A DNA stretch of 64,000 nucleotides from Squalus acanthias (taxonomy: Eukaryota), in contig JASTWF010000341.1 in assembly GCA_030390025.1 (NCBI GenBank), positions 124,001 through 188,000 on the forward strand, in the 5' to 3' direction. How positions within the stretch are numbered: the first letter of the stretch is position 1; each line of letters begins with the position of its first letter. Made by a program: the position numbers and the translations under genes. The notes below the pieces were generated by a model. The model was not told the origin of the DNA, ran no database searches, and saw only the letters and a program-made list of their open reading frames with translations. This document shows positions 11,039 through 22,100 of the stretch, piece after piece.

Positions 11039-12494
11039 TTTCTCTCTCCACGGATGCTGCCTGTCCTGCTGAGTTTTTCCAGCGTTTACTGTTGTTATTT
11101 CGGATTTCCAGCATCCGCAGTATTTTGCTATACAATTGTACAGGGCCTTGGTGAGACCATACCTGGAGTACTATGCACAGTTTTGGTCTCCTTATCGAGG
11201 GAAGGATATACTTGCCTTGGAGGCGGTGCAACGAAAGTTCAATAGATTGATTCCTGGGATGAGAGGGCTGTCCTATGATGAGAGATTGTGTAGAATGGGC
11301 CTATACTCTCTGGAGTTCAGAAGAATGAGAGGTGATCTCATTGAAACATACAATATTCTGAAGGGGATTGACAGGGTAGATGCTGAGAGGTTGTTTCCCC
11401 TGGCTGGAGTGTCTAGAACTAGGGGGCATAGTCTCAGGATAAGGGGTAGGCCATTTAAGACTGAGATGAGGAAGAATTTCTTCACTTAGAGGGTTGTGAA
11501 TCTTTGGAAGTCTCTGCTCCAGAGGGCTGTGAATGCTGAGTCTTTGAGTTTATTCAAGGCAGAGATAGATAGATTTTTGGACTCTAGGGGAATCAAGGGA
11601 TATGGAGATCGGGCGGGAAAGTGGAGTTGAGGTCGACAATCAGCCATGATCTTATTGAATGTCTCGAGGGGCCGTATGGAATACTCCTGCTCTTACTTAT
11701 TATGTTCTTATGTTCTTCAATGCAAGTTCTTCCTTTCTTTTCACTTCTTTCAAAAGCTAAAACCTATCTCTTCAGTTTCACCACTCCTTAATTTCTCCCA
11801 TATCCACCTTTTCCTTATTAAGTGCCCTGGGCTCTTCTCCCACATAAACTGTGTAAGTTGCTGTTAAAGACTTAAATACAAGAACAACATAGTGCTGATA
11901 AACACAAGAATGTATATAGGCAATTTCCCTTCATAATTTCTACGATGATGAACCACTTCAGATGGCTATATTTCTCCCTTAATACAGTTGTCAGTCATTC
12001 TGAATCCTTGTATATTACCATCTGGGACCTGATGCCACATTAACACTTGGCCCCTCCAAGGATTACAGTCTGATCGGTATTTACAGCACTTAAATGGGCG
12101 TGGAATTAGACCCTGGTGCAACTTGGAATTTACATGCACTAGTAAATCCAGATCAGTATCTCCACTTCAAATTGCGTTGGCCGATGAAAACAACACCTGA
12201 ACACAAGCAGAGGCATATGCACTGCACATAATTCTGAATGGAGGAGGCAGATTTTAGGAAGCCAGCTTCAACCTGTTGTCAACCCAGATGAGTTGACAGG
12301 AAAGCAGCTTGCTATCCAGTGTATGTAGTAGAAAGTAAGGATACAATTTCTGCCCTGTAGTTAAAAGCTACCCATGACTTCACTGCTCTGATTGAAACTG
12401 GTTTCTGAATCCTTTCATACATAATAAGGATGAATGTGAAAGTTTAATCTAATCATACGGGCCATTATTTAATGCACGAGTCATATCATTACAA

Positions 12495-12556
12495 CAAGCA
12501 CTTGAATTAATATAGCATTCTGCACATGCACAAAGATGTCTTAAGGTGCTTTACAA
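12495..12556 (-). mobile_element. Old fragment of the same SINE/LINE 3' tail, reverse orientation
   Basis: cttgaattaatatagcattctgcac...gatgtcttaaggtgctttaca is a diverged reverse complement of the SINE tail at 10728-10776. Confidence 0.45.
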
Positions 12557-12717
12557 GAAGGAGGCAAGCAATTTTTTTTAAATGAGCTTCTACTAAGAAT
12601 TCTGATCTAACTGTAAGCGTGCATTTCATTTCCAGTTCGGTCCATTTTAATTTTTTTAAATAAATATTTTTGTTTACACTGTTCATGTTAATGGGACAAT
12701 CAGAATAACTACCTCAC

Positions 12718-12781
12718 CAGTGTTACAAAGACCAGCAGTCAAAGAGAGATAAATTGGTATCACTGGATAGTCACTAATCAT
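12718..12781 (-). CDS. Tentative first coding exon (MISDYPVIPIYLSLTAGLCNT-)
   Basis: gcgccATG with an in-frame upstream stop, donor CTG|GTGAGG, and phase 1 matching exon 7146-7262. Confidence 0.35.
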
Positions 12782-12912
12782 GGCGCTTCAGCAATCTTGT
12801 CATTTTAACTGTGTATGTTAATTCCGTCCTTCACAGAGTCAGATTCTGTAGCTTTTCTCATCCAGTCCTCAAAAATGTCATAAAAAACAGAAACAGGAAA
12901 GAAATCTTGGTA

Positions 12913-13063
12913 GGGCAGATTTTCAACATCCCGCCCAGGCAAAAGACTGACGCTGTGAAACAGTAATCCACTATAGAAAACGGTGACTGTTAATGGTTTG
13001 AAAAATCAGGCTGTCCTATAACGTGAGGCCAATCCTCAGCAGCAGTTTTATGCCCAGGCAGCT
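12913..13063. mobile_element. Degenerate palindromic MITE (Harbinger-like terminus) whose right arm runs into the satellite
   Basis: Begins GGGCAGATTTTCAAC. 12932-12976 and 13016-13060 are inverted repeats (26/45 ungapped by hand, many mismatches transitions). The right TIR is absent from the window. Confidence 0.6.
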
Positions 13064-16000
13064 GATCCGCAGCAGCAGTTATACTGTCGATCCGCAGCAT
13101 TAGTTTTACTGTCGATCCGCAGCAGCAGTTATACTGTCGATCCGCAGCATTAGTTTTACTGTCGATCCTCAGCATTAGTTTTACTGTCGATCCTCAGCAT
13201 TAGTTTTACTGTCGATCCTCAGCATTAGTTTTACTGACGATCCACAGCATTAGTTTTACTGTCGATCCGCAGCAGCAGTTATACTGTCGATCCGCAGCAT
13301 TAGTTTTACTGTCGATCCTCAGCATTAGTTTTACTGTCGATACACAGCATTAGTTTTACTGTCGATCCGCAGCAATAGTTTTACTGTCGATCCTCAGGGT
13401 TAGTTTTACTGTCGATCCTCAGCGTTAGTTTTACTGACGATCCTCAGCATTAATTTTACTGTCGATCCGCAGCGTTAGTTTTACTGTCGATCCTCAGCAT
13501 TAGTTTTACTGACGATTCTCAGCGTTAATTTTACTGTCGATCATCAGCATTAATTTTACTGTCGATCCTCAGCATTAATTTTACTGTCGATCCTCAGCAT
13601 TAATTTTACTGTCGATCCTCAGCATTAGTTTTACTGTCGATCCTCAGCATTAATTTTACTCTCGATCCTCAGCATTAGTTTTAATGTCGATCCTCAGCAT
13701 TAGTTTTACTGTCGATCCTCAGCATTAGTTTTACTGTCGATCCTCAGCATTAGTTTTACTGTCGAACCTCAGCGTTAGTTTTACTGTCGATCCTCAGCGT
13801 TAGTTTTACTGTCGATCCTCAGCATTAGTTTTACTGTCGATCCTCAGCATTAGTTTTACTGTCGATCCTCAGCATTAGTTTTACTGTCGATCCTCAGCAT
13901 TAGTTTTACTGTCGATCCTCAGCATTAGTTTTACTGTCGATCCTCAGCATTAGTTTTAATGTCGATCCTCAGCATTAGTTTTACTGTCAATACTCAGCAT
14001 TAGTTTTACTGTCGATCCTCAGCATTAGTTTTACTGTCGATCCTCAGCATTAGTTTTAATGTCGATCCTCAGCATTAGTTTTACTGTCGATCCTCAGCGT
14101 TAGTTTCACTGTCGATCCTCAGCATTAGTTTTACTGTCGATCCTCAGCGTAAGTATTACTGTCGATCCTCAGCATTAGTTTTACTGTCGATCCTCAGCGT
14201 TAGTTTTACTGTCGATCCTCAGCATTAGTTTTACTGTCGATCCTCAGCATTAGTTTTACTGTCGATCCTCAGCGTTAGTTTTACTGTCGATCCTCAGCGT
14301 TAGTTTTACCGACAATTTTCAGCGTTAATTTTACTGTCGATCCTCAGGATTAGTTTTACTGTCGATCCTCAGGATTAGTTTTACTGTCAATCCTCAGCAT
14401 TAATTTTACTGTCGATCCTCAGCATTAATTTTACTGTCGATCCTCAGGATTAGTTTTACTGTCAATCCTCAGGATTAGTTTTACTGTCAATCCACAGCAT
14501 TAATTTTACTGTCGATCCTCAGCATTAGTTTTACTGTCGATCCTCAGGATTAGTTTTACTGAAGTTTCTCAGAATTAGTTTTACCGACGATCCTCAGAAT
14601 TAGTTTTACTGCCGATCCTCATCGTTAGTTTTACTCTCGATCCTCAGCATTAGTTTTACTGTCGATCCGCAGCAGCAGTTATACTGTCGATCCGCAGCAT
14701 TAGTTTTACTGTCGATCCTCAGCATTAGTTTTACTGTCGATCCTCAGCATTAGTTTTACTGTCGATCCTCAGCAATAGTTTTACTGTCAAACCTCAGCAT
14801 CAGTTTTACTGTCGATCCTCAGCATTAGTTTTACTGTCGATCCTCAGCATTAGTTTTACTGTCGATCCACAGCATTAGTTTTACTGTCGATCCGCAGCAA
14901 TAGTTTTACTGTCGATCCTCAGCGTTAGTTTTACTGTCGATCCTCAGCATTAGGTTTACTGACGATCCTCAGCATTAGTTTTACTGTCGATCCTCAGCAT
15001 TAGTTTTGCTGTCGATCAGCAGCATTAGTTTTACTGTCGATCCTCAGCATCAGTATTACTGTCGATCCTCAGGATTCGTTTTACTGTCGATCCGCAGCAT
15101 TCGTTTTACTGTCGATCCTTAGCAATAGTTTTACTGTCGATCCTCAGGATTAGTTTTACAGTCGATCCTCAGCATTAGTTTTACCGACGATATTCAGCAT
15201 TAGTTTTACTGTCGATCCTCAGGATTAGTTTTACTGTCGATCCGCAGCGATAGTTTTACTGTCGATCCTCAGCTTTAGATTTACTGTCGATCCTCAGCAT
15301 TAGTTTTGCTGTCGATCCTCAGCATTAGTTTTACTGTCGATCCGCAGCATCAGTTTTACTGTCGATCCTCAGCATTAGTTTTACTGTCGATCCGCAGCAT
15401 TAATTTTACTGTCGATCCTCAGCATTAGTTTTACTGTCGATCCTCAGCATTAGTTTTACTGTCGATCCTCAGCGTTAGTTTTACCGACAATTTTCAGCGT
15501 TAATTTTACTGTCGATCCTCAGGATTAGTTTTACTGTCGATCCTCAGGATTAGTTTTACTGTCAATCCTCAGCATTAATTTTACTATCGATCCTCAGCAT
15601 TAATTTTACTGTCGATCCTCAGGATTAGTTTTACTGTCAATCCTCAGGATTAGTTTTACTGTCAATCCACAGCATTAATTTTACTGTCGATCCTCAGCAT
15701 TAGTTTTACTGTCGATCCTCAGGATTAGTTTTACTGAAGTTTCTCAGAATTAGTTTTACCGACGATCCTCAGAATTAGTTTTACTGCCGATCCTCATCGT
15801 TAGTTTTACTCTCGATCCTCAGCATTAGTTTTACTGTCGATCCGCAGCAGCAGTTATACTGTCGATCCGCAGCATTAGTTTTACTGTCGATCCTCAGCAT
15901 TAGTTTTACTGTCGATCCTCAGCATTAGTTTTACTGTCGATCCTCAGCATTAGTTTTACTGTCGATCCACAGCATTAGTTTTACTGTCGATCCGCAGCAA

Positions 16001-18308
16001 TAGTTTTACTGTCGATCCTCAGCGTTAGTTTTACTGTCGATCCTCAGCATTAGGTTTACTGTCGATCCGTAGCATTAATTTTACTGTCGATCCTCAGCGT
16101 TAGTTTTACTGACGATCCTCAGCATTAGTTTTACTGTCGATCCTCAGCAATAGTTTTACTGTCAAACCTCAGCATCAGTTTTACTGTCGATCCTCAGCAT
16201 TAGTTTTACTGTCGATCCTCAGCAATACTTTTACTGTCTATCCTCAGGATTAGATTTACAGTCGATCCTCAGCATTAGTTTTACCGACGATATTCAGCAT
16301 TAATTTTACTGTCGATCCTCAGAATTAGTTTTACTGTCGATCCTCAGCGTTAGTTTTACTGTCGATCCTCAGCATTAGATTTACTGTCGATCCTCAGCGT
16401 TAGTTTTACTGTCGATCCTCAGCGTTAGTTTTACTGTCGATCCTCAGCGTTAGGTTTACTGTCGATCCGCAGCATTAGTTTTACTGTCGATCCTCAGCAT
16501 TAGTTTTGCTGTCGATCAGCAGCATTAGTTTTACTGTCGATCCTCAGCATCAGTTTTACTGTCGATCCTCAGGATTCGTTTTACTGTCGATCCGCAGCAT
16601 TAGTTTTACTGTCGATCCTTAGCAATAGTTTTACTGTCGATCCTCAGGATTAGTTTTACAGTCGATCCTCAGCATTAGTTTTACCGACGATATTCAGCAT
16701 TAGTTTTACTGTCGATCCTCAGGATTAGTTTTACTGTCGATCCGCAGCGATAGTTTTACTGTCGATCCTCAGCTTTAGATTTACTGTCGATCCTCAGCAT
16801 TAGTTTTACTGTCGATCCAAAGCGTTAGTTTTACTGTAGATCCGCAGCAATATTTTTACTGTCAATCCGCAGCAATGGTTTTACTGTCGATCCTCAGCAT
16901 TAGTTTTACTGTCGATCCTCAGCATTACTTTTACTGTCGAACCTCAGCATTAGTTTTACTGTCGATCCTCAGCATTGGTTTTACTGTCGATCCTCAGCGT
17001 TAGTTTTACTGTCGATCCTCAGCATAAGTTTAACTGTCGATCCTCAGCGTTAGTTTTACTGTCGATCCTCAGCGTTAGTTTTACTGTCGATCCTCAGCGT
17101 TAGTTTAACTGTCGATCCTTAGCGTTAGTTTTACTGTCGATCCTCAGCGTTAGTTTCACTGTCAATCCTCAGCGTTAGTTTTACTGTCGATCGTCAGCAT
17201 TAGTTTTACTGACGATCCTCAGCATTAGTTTTACTGTCGATCCTCAGCTTTAGTTTTACTGTCGATCCTCAGCGTTAGTTTTACTGTCGATCCTCAGCGT
17301 TAGTTTCACTGTCGATCCTCAGCGTTAGTTTTACTGTCGATCATCAGCATTAGTTTTACTGACGATCCTCAGCATTAGTTTTACAGTCGATCGTCAGCTT
17401 TAGTTTTACTGTCGATCCTCACCATTAGTTTTACTGTCGATCCTCAGCATTAGTTTTACTGTCGATCCGCAGCATTAGTTTTACTGTCAATCCTCAGCAT
17501 TAATTTTACTGTCGATCCTCAGCATTAATTTTACTGTCGATCCTCAGCATTAGTTTTACTGTCGATCCTCAGCATTAATTTTACTGTCGATCCTCAGCAT
17601 TAATTTTACTGTCGATCCTCAGCTTTAGTTTTACTGTCGATCCTCAGCATTAGTTTTACTGTCGATCCTCAGCATTAGTTTTACTGTAGATCCGCAGCAT
17701 TAGTTTTACTGTCAATCCTCAGCATTAATTTTACTGTCGATCCGCAGCATTAATTTTACTGACGATCCTCAGGATTAGTTTTACTGACGATCCTCAGAAT
17801 TAGTTTTACTGTCGATCCTCAGCATTAGTTTTACTGTCGATCCACAGCATTAATTTTACTGTCGATCCTCAGAATTAGTTTTACTGTCGATCCTCAGCGT
17901 TAGTTTTACTGTCGATCCTCAGCATTAGATTTACTGTCGATCCTCAGCGTTAGTTTTACTGTCGATCCTCAGCGTTAGTTTTACTGTCGATCCTCAGCGT
18001 TAGGTTTACTGTCGATCCGTAGCATTAGATTTACTGTCGATCCTCAGCGTTAGTTTTACTGTCGATCCTCAGCATTAGTTTTACTGTCGATCCTCAGCGT
18101 TAGTTTTACTGACGATCCTCAGCATTAGTTTTACTGTCGATCCTCAGCAATAGTTTTACTGTCAAACCTCAGCATCAGTTTTACTGTCGATCCTCAGCAT
18201 TAGTTTTACTGTCGATCCTCAGCAATACTTTTACTGTCTATCCTCAGCATCAGTTTTACTGTCGATCCGCAGCATTAGTTTTACTGTCGATCCACAACAT
18301 TAGTTTTC
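13064..18308 (+). repeat. 25-bp tandem satellite, left block (~210 monomers)
   Basis: Head-to-tail GATCCTCAGCATTAGTTTTACTGTC with substitution variants; the 25-bp register is kept without indels. Confidence 0.98.
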
Positions 18309-19186
18309 GGGGTAAAAATTCACTTGGTTGCGCCTCCCGTTAGCGCCTTAAGAGGGTGCTAATGGGGCGCAAAGCCGCTAACGCCCGGGCGCAGCGATGT
18401 TTGCGCCGCTCGAGAACTTAACTTGAGATTGTGCGGCGGCGCTAAAACTTACCGCTGCGACCACCTGCGCGCGCAGATTGTGACGTCATTCCATGGTGCA
18501 ACGCCCTTGTGGCGCCCCGTAGCGGAAATTGAGTGGCGCCCCCTGCCTTACCGCCTGGCGCTTCCAACGACCAGACGACTGGAACGCTATCAATCGCTGT
18601 GGGGCTGGGGGGGGGCGCTATTTAAAGGGGGCCTCTTCCTGTCTTTTATTGTTGGTGGCATTTTTGAACTACGCATTCTGAGAGAGAGAGGGAGAGACTT
18701 CTGGAGAGATTCAACGTTGTGTGAAGGAGTTTTGGGTACTGTGCAGCACTTTGCAGGTTCATTTTGATTTGCCATTCCTTGTATCGATTTAGCAGAGACT
18801 GTGGGAGCTGCACTCTGAGCTCTTTGCCTGGTACGCTCCATTGTTCTTTCCAGCACATTTGATGTGCAAGTCTCTCCAGGCCGAGATTCAAGGCAGCAAT
18901 GAACAGGATGTGGATGGAAAGCAAGATTAACCATCCCCTTTAAGAACTGGCCCGTGCCATTGTGTGTGTGTTCCATTGCTGACTGACATTACATGAGCTT
19001 CGCCAGCACTCCGAGTTAGCGCCTCACTGCTCGGCCTTTGCGCCTTAAGAGAGGTGTGCAGCGCCTGCTTTAGCGCTCCACTCACCTCCCGGGGCGGTAA
19101 AAGTAAAGTTTCCTGTCAGTGCCGATAATTAGCGCCAGGCGCTAATATTTGCGTCCGGACGATATTTGCACCCCAATTTCTACCCC
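18309..19186. mobile_element. 878-bp non-autonomous PIF/Harbinger-type element inserted in the satellite
   Basis: TIRs GGGGTAAAAATT and rc GGGGTAGAAATT (11/12). It is inserted at the TTA of a monomer (TTC left, TTA right), with repeated TAGCGCC/GGCGCTA subterminal motifs. Confidence 0.9.
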
Positions 19187-22100
19187 TTACTGTCGATCCT
19201 CAGCATTAATTTTACTGTCGATCCTCAGCATTAGTTTTACTGTCGATCCTCAGCATTAATTTTACTGTCGATCCGCAGCGTTAGTTTTACTGTCGATCCT
19301 CAGCTTTAGTTTTACTGTCGATCCGCAGAATTATGTTTTCCAGTCGATCCTCAGGATTAATTTTACTCTCGATCCTCAGAATTAGTTTTACTGTCGATCC
19401 TCAGCATTAATTTTAAAGTCGATCCGCAGGATTAGTTTTACTGTCGATCCTCAGCATTAATTTTAAAGTCGATCCTCAGGATTAGTTTTACTGTCGATCC
19501 TCAGCATTAGTTTTACTGTCGATCCTCAGCATTAGTTTTACTGTCGAACCTCAGCGTTAGTTTTACTGTCGATCCTCAGCATTAGTTTTACTGTCGATCC
19601 TTAGCGTTAGTTTTACTGTCGATCCTCAGCGTAAGTATTACTGTCGATCCTCAGCATTAGTTTTGCTGTCGATCCTCAGCATTAGTTTTACTGTCGATCC
19701 TCAGCATTAGTTTTACTGTCGATCCTCAGCATTCGTTTTACTGTCGAACCTCAGCGTTAGTTTTACTGTCGATCCTCAGCATTAGTTTTACTGTCGATCC
19801 TCAGCATTAGTTTTACTGTCGATCTGCAGCATTAGTTTTACTGTCGATCCTCAGGATTAGTTTTACTGTCAATCCTCAGCATTAGTTTTACTGTCGATCT
19901 GCAGCATCAGTTTTACTGTCGATCCTCAGCATTAGTTTTACTGTCGATCCTCAGCGTTAGTTTTACTGTCGGTCCTCAGCGTTAGTTTTACTGTCGATCC
20001 TCAGCGTTAGTTTTACTGTCGATCCTCAGCATTAGTTTTACTGTCGATCCGCAGCATTAGTTTTACTGTCGATCCTCAGCATTAGTTTTACTGTCGACCC
20101 TCAGCGTTAGTTTTACTGTCGATCATCAGCGTTAGTTTTACTGTCGATCCTCAGCGTTAGTTTTACTGTCGATCCGCAGCATTAGTTTTACTGTCGATTC
20201 TCAGCGTAAGTTTTACTGTCGATCCGCAGTATCAGTTTTACCTACAATTTTCAGCGTTAATTTTACTGTTGATCCTCAGCGTTAGTTTTACTGTCGATCC
20301 TCAGAATTAGCTTTACTGTCGCTCCTCAGCATTAATTTTACTGTCGATCCTCAGGATTAGTTTTACTGTCAATCCTCAGCATTAATTTTACTGTCGATCC
20401 TCAGCATTCATTTTACTGTCGATCCTCAGCATTAATTTTACTGTCGATCCTCAGGATTAGCTTTACTGTCAATCCTCAGCATTAATTTTACTGTCAATCC
20501 TCAGCATTAATTTTACTGTCGATCCTCAGCGTTAGTTTTACTGTCGATCCTCAGCGTTAATTTTACTGTCGATCCTCAGCGTTAGTTTTACTGTCGATCC
20601 TCAGCATCAGTTTTACTGTCGATCCTCAGCATTAGTTTTACTGTTGATCCTCAGCATTAGTTTTACTGTCGATCCTCAGCATTAGTTTTACTGTCGATCC
20701 TCAGAATTAGTTTTACTGTCGATCCTCAGCATTAGTTTTACTGTCGATCCGGAGCATTAATTTTACTGTCGATCCTCAGAATTAGTTTTACTGTCGATCC
20801 TCAGCGTTAGTTTTACTGTCGATCCTCAGCATTAGATTTACTGTCGATCCTCAGCGTTAGTTTTACTGTCGATCCTCAGCATTAGATTTACTGTCGATCC
20901 TCAGCATTAGTTTTACTGTCGATCCTCAGCAATACTTTTACTGTCTATCCTCAGCATCAGTTTTACTGTCGATCCTCAGCGTTAGTTTCACTGTCGATCC
21001 TCAGCGTTAGTTTTACTGTCGATCATCAGCATTAGTTTTACTGACGATCCTCAGCATTAGTTTTACAGTCGATCGTCAGCTTTAGTTTTACTGTCGATCC
21101 TCACCATTAGTTTTACTGTCGATCCTCAGCATTAGTTTACTGTCAATCCTCAGCATTAATTTTACTGTCGATCCTCAGCATTAATTTTACTGTCGATCCT
21201 CAGCATTAGTTTTACTGTCGATCCTCAGCATTAATTTTACTGTCGATCCTCAGCATTAATTTTACTGTCGATCCTCAGCATCAGTTTTACTGTCGATCCT
21301 CAGGATTAGTTTTACTGTCGATCCGCAGCATTAGTTTTACTGTCGATCCTTAGCAATAGTTTTACTGTCGATCCGCAGCATTAGTTTTACTGTCGATCCT
21401 CAGCATCAGTTTTACTGTCGCTCCTCAGGATTAGTTTTACTGTCGATCCTCAGCTTTAGATTTACTGTCGATCCTCAGCATTAGTTTTACTGTCGATCCT
21501 CAGCGTAAGTTTTACTGTCGATCCTCAGCATAAGTTTAACTGTCGATCCTCAGCGTTAGTTTTACTGTCGATCCTCAGCGTTAGTTTTACTGTCGATCCT
21601 CAGCGTAAGTATTACTGTCGATCCTCAGCATTAGTTTTGCTGTCGATCCTCAGCATTAGTTTTACTGTCGATCCTCAGCATTAGTTTTACTGTCGATCCT
21701 CAGCATTCGTTTTACTGTCGAACCTCAGCGTTAGTTTTACTGTCGATCCTCAGCATTAGTTTTACTGTCGATCCTCAGCATTAGTTTTACTGTCGATCTG
21801 CAGCATTAGTTTTACTGTCGATCCTCAGGATTAGTTTTACTGTCAATCCTCAGCATTAATTTTACTGTCGATCTGCAGCATCAGTTTTACTGTCGATCCT
21901 CAGCATTAGTTTTACTGTCGATCCTCAGCGTTAGTTTTACTGTCAATCCTCAGCATTAATTTTACTGTCAATCCTCAGCATTAATTTTACTGTCGATCCT
22001 CAGCGTTAGTTTTACTGTCGATCCTCAGCATTAGTTTTACTCTCGATCCTCAGCGTTAATTTTACTGTCGATCCTCAGCGTTAGTTTTACTGTCGATCCT

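Larger units (their letters stand above)
10898..11130. mobile_element. Palindromic insertion, probably inverted pseudo-LTR of a Penelope-like retroelement
   Basis: 10898-11101 is a spacerless inverted repeat centred on AAC|GTT (10999/11000) with ~102-bp arms, followed by a 29-bp one-sided tail. It is flanked by TACA at 10894-10897 and 11131-11134, and removing it restores contiguous CR1 sequence. The family call is inference from the hammerhead motif and architecture. Confidence 0.75.
10777..11718 (+). mobile_element. 5'-truncated, relatively young CR1 LINE (ORF2 C-terminus plus 3'UTR)
   Basis: ORF 11136-11489 (YRALVRPYLEYYAQFWSP...LYSLEFRRMRGDLIETYNIL...TRGH) is typical CR1 ORF2 C-terminus. 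It ends in a (TATGTTCT)n tail and is flanked by AATG at 10773-10776 and 11719-11722. Confidence 0.9.

Noticed and set aside
10837..11231. Two opposite-strand ORFs with near-identical C-termini
   Set aside because: They are a by-product of the DNA palindrome.
11136..11489. 117-aa ORF as a host gene
   Set aside because: It is the C-terminal fragment of a truncated CR1 ORF2.
12990..13175. 61-aa minus-strand ORF
   Set aside because: It reads through the first satellite units and the MITE remnant.
18423..18976. Overlapping ORFs as a transposase
   Set aside because: No DDE-like motifs are visible, and the element is too short to be autonomous.
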